64,000 bases of DNA, taken from positions 1,472,001 through 1,536,000 of the forward strand of contig CAWGMQ010000006.1 of NCBI GenBank assembly GCA_963823665.1, in the 5' to 3' direction. The DNA is from an uncultured Planctomycetota bacterium. GTDB lineage: Bacteria; Planctomycetota; Planctomycetia; Isosphaerales; Isosphaeraceae. The notes below the pieces were generated by a model. The model saw only the letters and a program-made list of their open reading frames with translations, made no database searches and was not told where the DNA came from. Each line of letters opens with the position of its first letter. Position 1 is the first letter of the stretch. The position numbers were made by a program, and so were the translations under genes. This document shows positions 52,501 through 61,881 of this stretch, one piece after another.

Positions 52501-54689
52501 GAGACGTCGGGGCCGAGAATGTTGCCCTCGACCCAATCGTTGCCGGTGACCAGATCGATCTCGGCCCCTTGCGTGCGGTTGATGACCAGGCCCTCCACCG
52601 TGCTGTCACCGCCCGTGATCTGGATCAGGCCGTTGCTGAGCTCGCCGGCATTCTCACCACTGATCTCGATCTTGAGGACCGAGTTCAGGCCCTGGCCGAC
52701 GGGGTTGGTGTTGGCGATCGAGCCTGGCTGGGAATAGCCGTCGATGACGATCGGGTTAGTGATGGCCGGCAAGGGCGACGTGAGCTGGATCGAATACCAA
52801 CTGTGGGGCCAGTCGGGGTCGATGTCGGCGATGGAGGCATCATCCGTGGCGGTGGTCGTGGCCACGTCGGCGAGCGTGACCTGGCCGGAAACGCCATCGT
52901 TGCGGTAGTAGTCGTGGTTCGGGTCGTTCGCGGGGATATTGAAGCTGATTGTATGGGTGCCGGGAGCGAAGTTCGCGGCCAGGATGGCCTCGCGAAGGCT
53001 GTTGCCGGCCTCGGTCGTGCTGGTGACGGTGAAGGCGGCGTCCGAGACGACGGGGCTGGCGAACTGCGAGGTCTGGTCACCGGCGAAGGTGGTGGCGGTC
53101 GCGGTCACGAAATCCTGACCGGCGGGGGGGGCGTTGACGTCGGCGGTGAAGGAGGTCGCGCCGGCGGCGGCAGTGTGGAGCGTGATCGCGCCGAGGAAGG
53201 TCCGGCCCTGTTCGGTCCCGTTGTCCGCGAGCTCGCTGTTCGAGAAGAGCTCGATGCGGTAATCGGAGCTCGCCTGAGCACCGCCCAGCGAGCCGGACAC
53301 CTGGATGCCCGAGCCGGTCACGGAGACCGAAGTGAGTGCCGGTGACGCCGCGCCAATGATCTCGATCCCTGAAGAGCTGTTCGAGAAGATGGAGTTACCC
53401 AGGGCGATTCCTCCGCTGCCGTACGCCACGCCGACGTCATTGAAGGCGATCGTATTGCCGGTCCCCGGCGTGGTTCCACCGACGACGTTCCCGTCGTCAG
53501 GCTCGCCGCCGCCGAAAGGGTCACCGAATTCGACGCCGTCGTCCGCGTTCCCGAGCGGGCTCACGCCGTCGCGGGCAACGCCAATCTTGTTGCCCTGCAA
53601 GGCGTTGTCCACGGCGCGATCACCGAAGTCGATCCCGGCGAGGCTGTTGCCGGAGATGACGTTGGCCGAGCCCGGCACGGTGCCGCCGATCGTGTTGTTC
53701 GGGGCGAGGACGTAGACGCCGAAGCGGAGGTTCGCCAAAGCGGAGGTGCCGGCGGCGTTCGTGCCGATCAAGTTGCCCTGGACGATGCTTGCCGACGCCG
53801 CGGTGGAGTAGATCACGAGGCCATCGTAGGTGCTGCCCGAGAGCACATTGCCCGCGCCGGCCGCCGTGCCGCCGATCGTATTGTTCGGGGCGTTGTCGAG
53901 CGTGATGCCGCCGCCGTTCGCCAAGGCGGCGGCGCCGGCGGCGTTGGTGCCGATCAGGTTGCCTTGCACGACGTTGGCCGAGCCGCCGTCGATGAGCACC
54001 CCCGAGCCGGCGGCGTTCCCGGACGCAAGGTTTCGGTCCGCGTCGACCGTGCCGCCGATCGTGTTGTTCAGGCCGAGGACGTCGATCCCCTGCCCATCGC
54101 CCAGGGCCGACGTTCCGGTGGGGTCGGTCCCGACGAAGTTGCCCGCGACCGTGTTGTTGTTCGAGGTGACGAAAATGCCATCGCCGCTGAACTGATTAAT
54201 CGCCAACCCGTCGATCTTGCTGCCGGCCGAGCCCGCGCCCAGGTTCAGCCCCGCCGCCCCTGTGCCGGCACCGGTGCCCACGAGCTCGATCAAAAGCGTG
54301 GCGTTCAATCCCTGGCCGAACGGGCTGGTGTTGGGGGCGGAGCCCGGCTGGGTGTAGCCATCGATCGTCAGCGGGTCGGTGATCACCGGCAGTGGGGAGG
54401 TCGGCGCGATCGTATGCACGCCCGGGCCCGGAATGTCAAACGCGATGGTGTCATCAGTTCCATAGGCGCCGACGGCGACGACATCGCTGATGTTCTTGTG
54501 GCTGTTTTCCGCGGTGATCGCCTCGCGCAGCGTGACTACACCGTCTGTTGCACTGATCGCGTCTCCGGTGCTGGTCACGGTGATGAGGGCCATCAGCAGA
54601 CGATCCTCCATCGACTCCACCCGGGGACGGTAGGAGGACTCGCGGCGGGCGGCGGAACTCTTGTGGCGACGGCGCGGAAGGCGAAGCAT
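49590..54689 (-). CDS. Large secreted beta-helix/adhesin-like protein (three CSLREA-like modules, C-terminal Ig-like domain)
   Basis: VESMEDRLLMA leader; LREAI three times; GN.IGT repeats; R.E.F.N..G..FLG modules; LVLTFSEALD. Confidence 0.9.
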   Translation of the reverse strand: MLRLPRRRHKSSAARRESSYRPRVESMEDRLLMALITVTSTGDAISATDGVVTLREAITAENSHKNISDVVAVGAYGTDDTIAFDIPGPGVHTIAPTSPLPVITDPLTIDGYTQPGSAPNTSPFGQGLNATLLIELVGTGAGTGAAGLNLGAGSAGSKIDGLAINQFSGDGIFVTSNNNTVAGNFVGTDPTGTSALGDGQGIDVLGLNNTIGGTVDADRNLASGNAAGSGVLIDGGSANVVQGNLIGTNAAGAAALANGGGITLDNAPNNTIGGTAAGAGNVLSGSTYDGLVIYSTAASASIVQGNLIGTNAAGTSALANLRFGVYVLAPNNTIGGTVPGSANVISGNSLAGIDFGDRAVDNALQGNKIGVARDGVSPLGNADDGVEFGDPFGGGEPDDGNVVGGTTPGTGNTIAFNDVGVAYGSGGIALGNSIFSNSSSGIEIIGAASPALTSVSVTGSGIQVSGSLGGAQASSDYRIELFSNSELADNGTEQGRTFLGAITLHTAAAGATSFTADVNAPPAGQDFVTATATTFAGDQTSQFASPVVSDAAFTVTSTTEAGNSLREAILAANFAPGTHTISFNIPANDPNHDYYRNDGVSGQVTLADVATTTATDDASIADIDPDWPHSWYSIQLTSPLPAITNPIVIDGYSQPGSIANTNPVGQGLNSVLKIEISGENAGELSNGLIQITGGDSTVEGLVINRTQGAEIDLVTGNDWVEGNILGPDVSGTAAFPVSSSTGIQIGSLGNTIGGTTPAARNLISANYEWGIIYSATNQSGTNNQVKGNLIGTDRTGTRALGNQSGGVGGEAGSFIVGGSEAGAGNVISGNGGTGVVSENAMVQGNFIGTDVTGTLAIGNGSGVDISGNVTLTQNLIEFNADFGLDALAGGNFITNNTIAFNGTIDTPAFNSAGVIATGGNLISQNAIFSNDGPDLALGGLNVPPPDSDGIQNYPILGSVAASGPGTQVTGVLDSVPSSNFRLEFFANSERNESSFAGAPPGEFGGGQTFLGSLNVTTDANGHASFTADLPALPAGQPFVDATATDITDTGSGPLNSTSGFSPIAALGGPSFVVTNTGDTGLGTLREAIYNANLTPGAHTITFDIPATDPRHFYYRNDGVAGQVSQADIAVTTATSDANIAGIDPDWPYSWFSILPSSDLPQIENTVTIDGYSQPGSLENTLPALGALNTVLKIELDGTSAPGVGLNVGILDSSHDASNSRIDGLAINRFGGDGIDVNTLNGGVVIAGNFIGTDVSGLLALGNAGNGVLINNDTLDTIGGEDAGSGNLISGNGANGIYVVGSTGTHIAGDVLGADRLLSAALPNVGSAILFDVPGGTTDGLQSNAILPGQDASQLSKAGQSVVDRIVLGIRVSPQAPYFLDRALINIEKVYEKENVYFSKLKLITFLSRLATGAVEGVGAFATSGTVTEIDLGAEGVRPNNASPDNASDGFENYPVLASAGADASGTTVSGSLNSLTNTYFRIEFYSSSISPSILRGGEQFLGFVNVLTDAAGNASFTFQSPIAVPLGQYVLTTATQLVEGPGGEAIPISTSEFSDGVQVGAVVVDRTGPTISNVLLPNPKAKTTPLVLTFSEALDLASAVNLANYLLVTAGPDKRFGTKDDKKVALRSASYNPITHTVTLLPRKKLSVGVKYRLTVNGTSASGIEDLDGNLLDSNPDGGVSGNYVDIFKLALPKVRRRS

Positions 54690-54769
54690 GAGTATTTCCT
54701 CTTGGTGAGAGAAGACAACGACAGCGTCTTGTAAGGCGGTGGATTTAACGCGATTGCAGGAAGACTTTC

Positions 54770-57412
54770 TTACGACGGTCCGTCCTTCGCTCTTAGCTGG
54801 TCGGAGCGTTCGCGATCGGAACGAGCGCCGGCCTCGTCACCGCTGGCGGCGCGAGCATCGCCGCGGGCGCGGTAAATGTCGGCATCGCCGCGGCCAAGGG
54901 CGATGGCCCGATCGAAGTCGGCGATGGCGCGGGCGAAGTCCCGCCGTGTGGCGTGGAGGTTTCCACGGCGGACGCGGGCCTCGGCGTCGTCGGGGTTCAG
55001 GCCGAGCGCCGCATCGAGATCGACCAGGGCGCCGTCGAGGTCGCCCAGCCGGCGACGGGCCTCAGACCGGGCGCGGTGAAGCTCGGGGTAGCGGGTGGAG
55101 AAGCGACCGACAAAGGTCATGAGGCCTTTCTGGCGGGAGTCGAGCGCCCGGTCAAAGTCGGCGATCGCAGAGCGCAATTCGCCGAGCGCCAGCAATGCGA
55201 GTCCTCGATTCAGGGATGCCTCGACGTGGCCCGGGCTGAGCAGGAGCGCCTCGTCGCAGTCGGCGATCGCCCGCTTGTGATCGCCCCTCGCGGCGTGTAG
55301 ATACAGGGCGCGGCAGGCGCGGACCCAGGCGTTCGACGGGTCGAGTTGCAGGGCCGACTCGAAGTCGGCCTCGGCGACCTTGTGAAGGCCCGCGAGCGCC
55401 TCGACGGACGCCCGGTCGGCCAGCTTGATCACGTCCAACGGCGCACCTTCGAAGGCCCGCCCGTAGTCGGCCAGGGCACCCTCATACTCGCCGAGGTGGG
55501 CCCGAACCCAGCCCCGTAGGCGCAGGTAGCTCCGATTGTCGGGCGCGGATCGGAGCGCCTTTTCGACGTCGGCCAGAGCCCGTCCCGGTTCGCCTCGCAT
55601 CGCGAGAGCCAGCGCGCGTTCACCGTAGAAGTGGGGGACGTCCGGGTTCAGCTCGATCGCCAGGTTGAAGTCGGCCACCGCCCCGTCCAGGTCGCCCAGG
55701 TTATGGCGACTCGTGGCGCGATGATAATGGGACCAAGGCTCGCTCGGGACGCGGCGGATGAACTCATCGAGCTCGGCGCGGCCTCGGCCCCATTCGCCAA
55801 GCTCGTTGAAGGCCGAGCCGCGGTGGAAGTAGGCGTTCGTCAGACCTGGATTGAGCCTGAGCGCCTCGTCGCAGTCGGCGATCGCGCCGCGAAAGTCCCG
55901 GACCTTCAGCCGCGCGAAGGCCCGCGCCTCGTGCGCTGCGGCGTCATCGGGGGCGAGGCCGACGGCCGCGTCGAATTCGGCCAGCGCACGGTGCCAGTCC
56001 TCGGCCTTGGCGTACTCCCAGCCGTGGGCGATGCGGGCAGCGAAGGCCGCGGGAACCGGTTGCGGAGCGGCGGATGGGATCTTGGCCCGACGGTCGGGCC
56101 GGAAGAGGACGAGACCGGCGATGACGGCAGCGAGCGCGACGAGCGACGCCAGGGCGAGCGTCAGCCAAGGAACCTTCCGTCGGGCCTTGGAAGCGGACCG
56201 GCGTGCTGGCGCGGGGGCCGGCGGTGTCGGCCCTTGCAGCTCCGCCAGGCGTCCACGGAGCAGTTCTGCGACTTCGTCGGCGGTCGCGAAGCGTCGTTCC
56301 TGATTCTTCGCCATCAGCCGCCCGATCGTCGCGGCGAGCCAGTCGGGCGACTCGGGGTTCAATTGGCGAATCGGCCGCGGCTCGTCGTCGCAGACGCGAC
56401 GAAGGACTGCATAGGCCGAGTCGGTCGCGAACGGGGGCTCGGCCGTGGCCATCGCATAGAGGACGCCGCCCAGGCTGAACAGGTCGGATCGCGGGCCGAG
56501 AGCCTCGCCGCGGGCCTGCTCCGGCGACATGTAATTCGGGGTCCCTGCAATCGTGCCGCTCCGGGTCAGGCCAGGGTCGCTGGCCGCACGCGCGAGGCCG
56601 AAGTCGGTGATCTTGACGCGCTCGACGCCGTTCTCCAGCAGGATGTTCGCCGGCTTGATGTCGCGGTGCACCAGACCCTGCGCGTGGGCAGCCGCCAGGC
56701 CCGAGGCGACCTGCATGCCGATACGGAGGATCTCCTTCAGGCCCAGCGGGCCCTCGCGGTCGATCTTCTCCTGGAGCGACCTGCCCGCGACGAACTGCAT
56801 GATGAGGTAAGGGAGATCCCCCGAATCGTCGACCGCGTGAATGGTGACGACGTGCTCGTGGCAGACGGCCGCGGCTGCCCGCGCCTCGCGGAGGAATCGG
56901 CGGCGGGCCTCCGGGTTGTCGGCCATGGCCGGGGCGAGGATCTTGAGCGCGACAACGCGGTCCAGCGCGGGGTCCATCGCGCGGAAGACCTCGCCCATGC
57001 CGCCCCGGCCAACCCGCTCGATCACTTCATAGGGGCCAATCCGACCAGGCGATTCCGCTCGGTCACGAGGACCAGGCGTGGATCGTCCGAGTGGCGGCGA
57101 CCCGGCGACCGTCGTTTCCCCGGCCGGGGCATGCTCGGTCGTCTGGTTGGTGCTCGGCTTCCCCGGCAACTCGCTCTTCAAGCAGGCCAAGGCCGCCCTG
57201 AGCGCCGGACCGCGCTTCCCGCCAACATCTCCCGCGCCCGGCGTCAGTCCTCCCAGTATCTCGGCCTCGGAGAGGAGCCGGTCCAGTTTCTCCCGACACG
57301 GTCCGCAGGCGTCGAGATGCGCGACGAGCATCCCCCGTTCGTCGTCCGCCAGGGTTCCGGAGACCCACGCGTCGAGTCGTTCTATTTCGGGACAATTCTC
57401 TGCCAACGCCAT
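54770..57412 (-). CDS. Ser/Thr protein kinase with N-terminal HxxxCxxC zinc motif, TM and TPRs
   Basis: HLDACGPC, GRGGMG, HRDIKPAN, DFGLA, GTPNYMSPEQ; GGAGG RBS before ATG 57412. Confidence 0.95.
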   Translation of the reverse strand: MALAENCPEIERLDAWVSGTLADDERGMLVAHLDACGPCREKLDRLLSEAEILGGLTPGAGDVGGKRGPALRAALACLKSELPGKPSTNQTTEHAPAGETTVAGSPPLGRSTPGPRDRAESPGRIGPYEVIERVGRGGMGEVFRAMDPALDRVVALKILAPAMADNPEARRRFLREARAAAAVCHEHVVTIHAVDDSGDLPYLIMQFVAGRSLQEKIDREGPLGLKEILRIGMQVASGLAAAHAQGLVHRDIKPANILLENGVERVKITDFGLARAASDPGLTRSGTIAGTPNYMSPEQARGEALGPRSDLFSLGGVLYAMATAEPPFATDSAYAVLRRVCDDEPRPIRQLNPESPDWLAATIGRLMAKNQERRFATADEVAELLRGRLAELQGPTPPAPAPARRSASKARRKVPWLTLALASLVALAAVIAGLVLFRPDRRAKIPSAAPQPVPAAFAARIAHGWEYAKAEDWHRALAEFDAAVGLAPDDAAAHEARAFARLKVRDFRGAIADCDEALRLNPGLTNAYFHRGSAFNELGEWGRGRAELDEFIRRVPSEPWSHYHRATSRHNLGDLDGAVADFNLAIELNPDVPHFYGERALALAMRGEPGRALADVEKALRSAPDNRSYLRLRGWVRAHLGEYEGALADYGRAFEGAPLDVIKLADRASVEALAGLHKVAEADFESALQLDPSNAWVRACRALYLHAARGDHKRAIADCDEALLLSPGHVEASLNRGLALLALGELRSAIADFDRALDSRQKGLMTFVGRFSTRYPELHRARSEARRRLGDLDGALVDLDAALGLNPDDAEARVRRGNLHATRRDFARAIADFDRAIALGRGDADIYRARGDARAASGDEAGARSDRERSDQLRAKDGPS

Positions 57413-57429
57413 TCGGACCTCCCACGACA

Positions 57430-58056
57430 CTAGTCAGGCAGGCCGTCCTGCCGTGCCCGACCGATCTCTTCCCGCAGGCGCGCCAGCACGCGGCATTTGG
57501 CCGCATACACGGCTCCGATGCTCATCCCCAGGGAGGCCGACGCCTCGCTGGGGGCGCATCCTTCGACGGCGCAAAGCCAGAACGCCCGCCAGGTCGTGGG
57601 CCGGAACTCGTTGCGGATGTGCTCCGTAGCCCAGTCGAGCAGTCGCTGACCGAACGCTTGGTCCCACTCGGCCCCTTCGTCGCCCTCGTCGATGGCGTCT
57701 GCACTTCCGCTTTCCTTCGCTTCCAGGTGCTTGTGGACGTCCGTGTCGCCGGTCCCCCGGTCGCCGGGCCGTCGCCGACGCACGGAATCCAGGAGTTTCG
57801 TCCGCGTCACGGTGAAGAGCCAGCTCCGGAACGCCCCGCGTGACGGGTCATATGTGAATCGTTCGGCCGTGGCTGCCACGGCCCGGAGGACGTCCTGTGT
57901 CAGGTCGGCCGCGTCAGCGTCCTGGAGGCCGCGACGGCGGCCAAAGTCATAGACCAATGGACCGTAGATGTCGACGAACTCACCCCACGCCACGCCGTCG
58001 CGAGGGTCCCGGATTCGCGCCAGCAAGCTGGGCCGCGTGGGCGGCGGATCACTCAT
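57430..58056 (-). CDS. ECF sigma factor (TRPSLL..AW.EF type), kinase-associated
   Basis: TRPSLLARIRD, DAADLTQDV, FRSWL, GAVYAAKCRV. Confidence 0.92.
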   Translation of the reverse strand: MSDPPPTRPSLLARIRDPRDGVAWGEFVDIYGPLVYDFGRRRGLQDADAADLTQDVLRAVAATAERFTYDPSRGAFRSWLFTVTRTKLLDSVRRRRPGDRGTGDTDVHKHLEAKESGSADAIDEGDEGAEWDQAFGQRLLDWATEHIRNEFRPTTWRAFWLCAVEGCAPSEASASLGMSIGAVYAAKCRVLARLREEIGRARQDGLPD

Positions 58057-58569
58057 AGAGGTTTGTCCTCAGGTGTAGTACGCAGGTTTTGGGAGATCTT
58101 ACGCGGCGCCCTTGATTTTCGCGGCCTGCGCGGGCGTCCGCAAGCGATTTGGTGAGGCGATGATCATCGTAAACCTTGATGCCGCCTGGGGAACGGGGGG
58201 GCGGGGCGATGTCGGAAATTCTCCCCGCGAATCAAGCGCAGCCCGGGCTGGCGGCCGGGCGAGTAGACTCGCGAGCATCAGCTCCTGAGCGCCGCAGGAA
58301 TCGCGTATTCTCCTGGGGAGGCCATGCGTAAGAGCCCGCTGCCGGGACCAACAAAGGCTGTGGCTTCATGCCCTCGCAGCGCGGAGGCCCGAGCGGGGAA
58401 AGACAGGCTGGACGAGTCGGGTCGAGCCCCGTGTTGGTCGACCAGGTTTCCGCCGTGATAATCAATCTAGCGCGGCGGCTTGATTCTCATCTTGATCGTA
58501 CTTGAGTGCGCAGAGCGCGACCGATGGCAACAAAGAGCCAGCGCAAGGAGGATCTGAAATCGAAGACCG

Positions 58570-59055
58570 GCGCGAGCTCAGGCTCCTTCCCGCTGGCGGA
58601 GGAAGTGAGAACGCAGGCCCGGCCTGTCAGACGGATCTCGGCCAGGGAAGGGTTGATGTATCACCGGGGTTCGTAATTGTCGCATCGACTGTTAGAGCTG
58701 CAAGTAGCACCGGCGTGTTTGCCGACGACAACGACACAGGATTGCCCGAGAACGTGGAGTCGTTTCCGATGAACGTGTCGTTCGGGTAGACCGTTAAAGA
58801 AGCAGCCCCTCCGACGCTAGAACTCACCTGCGCGAAGCTATCGCCTGCAAACACGTGTTGGCTGCTCGACAGATACGCGAAGGTCTGCGAAGACGAGAAT
58901 CGCAGTTCGTTCGGGCCTGTGATCTGAAGCGCGAACGCGAGATTGTTGAGAAGATCGGGATTCGTGGGGCTTGCGGTGCTCGCAAGCTCTACGTCGATCG
59001 TCCCCGTGCCACAATGCGCGATCGTCGCATTCCAAGAGCAACGCGAACGATCCAC
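58570..59055 (-). pseudogene. Decayed beta-sandwich (cohesin-like/PEP-CTERM-type) protein fragment
   Basis: NATIA..GTGTIDV..LNNLAFALQITG..LRFS..VFAGDSF..LLAALTVDA..PGD; no signal peptide, truncated tail. Confidence 0.45.
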
Positions 59056-59064
59056 CAGCGCCGC

Positions 59065-61681
59065 TCATCCGAGCGAGAGCCCCGACCCAAGTTTCCGCCC
59101 CTTGGAGCGCGTGGCGAGCGTGAGGTCTAACGCAGTCACGGCGCCGTCGCCATTCACGTCAGCATTCAGCGCCGTTATCCCGGTTGGACTTGTAGCGCCG
59201 ATCGCGGCCGCGATGGAATTCAGATCATTGCTATCCACAATGCCGTCGCCAGTCACATCGCCGAGCAGGCGGTAGAAATAATGCACGGCTTCCTGCCCAT
59301 TCGGCAAAAACACATCGAGCTCGTAATAGCCGTCGCCAGCGGTCGTGTTCGCGTTGCCGCCCACGCCGTTCTGGCCAAAATCGAGCTCGATCGCATGGTC
59401 GATCACTGCACGCGCTCACGCCCGCAAGCGACACGGATGACTTGCTCGACGCGTCGCCATTGAGATCGTATTTGTAAAGTTCAATGTCCGGATTCGACGT
59501 TCCAACCGAAGCCACGATCTGTGTCAGCGCTCCTCCGCTCTGACGGTCGGACTCATTGAAGACGACGTCGAGATAGCGGATGTACGACCGCTCGATGGCG
59601 CCGTGCTCTACGACAAGGCTCGTCATCTGGAGCGCGGACGGCAGGGCGAAGGTCTCGGTCAAGCGCAGGTTGGAGGTCGCCGGAGGAGTCTGGATGTTGC
59701 CGGCGCCGTCGAGCCCAATGCTAAAGAACGAATAGGTGTGCTGCGTTCCGTCTGTTAAACCCTGGTAGGGAATCGTGGCATGCACATTCCCCTGGCTGTC
59801 GGGCGGTCCGGCCGGTATGGCCGCGCCGACTTGCGAGTACACGCCGGCGTCAACGGCCACGAAAATCTTGAAATAGGTCAATCCGCTCCCACCCGCATCC
59901 GCTCCAGTGATGCTAAGTGTGAACATGCCTGTGGAGGGATTGACAAGACTTGGGTTGGGGCCGGTCGTTCCGTCGACGGAGGTCACTGGCGGGGTCAGGT
60001 CTGGGAGGTACGTGCTTGCCTCGATCACTGGTTTCTTGACCTCAGTGTTGCCGGCTTTGTCCGTGGCGACGCTGTAGAAGGCGTAGGTCATGTTGCTTTG
60101 GCCGTCGAAGGTGGCTGAGGCGGTTTTGAGCGGAAGCGTGCCGACCGCCGGCGTAAGGGTCTGCCAAAGCGTCCATGGCCGGCCGTTAGTCGAGACATAG
60201 ACGGCAAATGACGCGACGCCGGAAGGTGGACTTCCTTCCGGGCCGGCTGGGTCGATACCGGTCACAGAGACTGTAAAGCTGAGACTGGTGCCTCGCTCCG
60301 GAAGGGGGCTCACCTGGCTCGCAGGCGGCGTGGTGTCCATCAGCCAAGACGTGGACATGGATCCCACGCCAGGGTCGCCGTCTTGGTCGTGCATGACGCC
60401 AGCATTCACCGATAGCATGTACTTACCCTGCTGCGCCGTCAGAGCCGGCAGATTCATAATCGCGTAAGTATATCCAGAAATATCTCCAGAAATGAGCATC
60501 AGCCCCAACTGATCGGTGGTCGCAATCGTCGCGCCATCGAGGGTGAGCGTCAATGCAGACGAGGATAGATCATCGATGCTTATCGGCTCGCTAAAGGTCA
60601 CGTCAACGACCGAGACCGGCGTTGTCCTTGGGTTGGGCAAGACATTTGTTATTGAGTTGATTGTCGCCGGTGAGTAGGCCACGGATGCGATGTTGTTGGT
60701 TTTGTCGGACTCTGCAATCGCGTTGTTGGGATCGAGTTCGGCGAGCAGATACTTGGCGTCCGGGGGTGCTGACTGAAGATCTTGCTGGTCGACATGCATC
60801 GTCTGGGGCTGACCGACCGGGGTCGTGCTGGGGATGGGAATCGGCGTCGCCGCGGGCTCGAGGATGGTGTCTTCGGTTGTCCCGCTGGCCCAGTAGAAGC
60901 CGGCGCTTGTGTCCTGAGGGAGCGCCGCGTAGTTCACCTGGTAGCCCAAGTCGACACCACCCTGTGAAGTGTTCCAGGTCAAAGAAGTCGCGACGAGGTC
61001 GGGATAATTTCCGACCATCAAGGTGAACGACCCGACGAAATCAGGATACCCGTCCGGGTTTGCATCATAGGCTTCGACACGATCGACACCGTACACGTAC
61101 GGATCGGCCCAGAAGAAATCTGTAAGCGTTATAGGCGTCCCACCATCATTGAAGGTCACGGTTCCAGCACCGGGGACACGAGTACCGTCGTTGAGGGCGA
61201 TCGTCCTCCCACTATCTGGGGAAAACGGCGGCACTGTCGAGTCGGCGCGAGTTGGGGCGAAGGCGGAGATTGATGGCAAGTTGCTTCCGCCAAAGAACAG
61301 GTTCAGACCCTCATAGCCTGTCGAAAGTCCGGGCTCGCCGAAGATCGTGAACATATTCTCGCCAGGCTGGAGCGGAATGTTGATGCTAGCCTGGGCATCA
61401 CTTGGCCCGTTGATGAACGGGCTTGTCAGCCCGTCGGGATTCCCATTCGGCGTACCAGGTGCGACGAAAAGGTCGTAGAATCCACCGGCGCCGGGAACTG
61501 TGTCCCATACCTGTCCGCCTGTTTCTGATCCGCCGGAATCGGTGCTGAACGAGAGCAAACCAGTCAGGTTTGTCAAAAGAGCACGTGCTTCGAGCGCCTC
61601 GAGGTGTGGATTCAACTGGGGTCGTCTCTTGGTGTGTCCCTTCGTAACCGACCGCGACTTCGCAGGTGAGAAAGCTGACAT
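59065..61681 (-). CDS. Secreted multidomain protein (LE.R.LL leader, CARDB/Ig-like, C-terminal dockerin); frameshift near 59410
   Basis: LEALEARALLT, DP.NAIAESDKTNN, DTTPP; dockerin GDVTGDGIVDSNDL..ADVNGDGAVTALD in ORF 59065..59406. Confidence 0.85.
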
Positions 61682-61881
61682 CGCTGATGCCTCTCGATTG
61701 AATGTGTGACCGGCACAGTTTAAGGGTAAGCGAGTTTGGATATGCCTCCTTAAGTGAAGACAATGGTAAGTCAAATTCGTCACGCTCCTTCGGTGAATTC
61801 CTTGATATGGATGTATGCTTGCGCCGTGCGGGTCGAGACGGTCCGAGGTCTGCGGCGTCGCATTTCCGCTAGAGGGCTGGA

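Noticed and set aside
51048..57433. Long plus-strand ORFs (765 aa, 600 aa) and similar ones elsewhere
   Set aside because: Antisense shadows of GC3-biased real genes with no recognisable motifs.
54745..58104. CGTAAGA...CGT shared upstream of the 58056 ECF and the 54689 adhesin as a common ECF promoter
   Set aside because: Spacers differ (14 vs 17 nt) and one copy includes the kinase stop codon; too weak given rigid ECF spacing.
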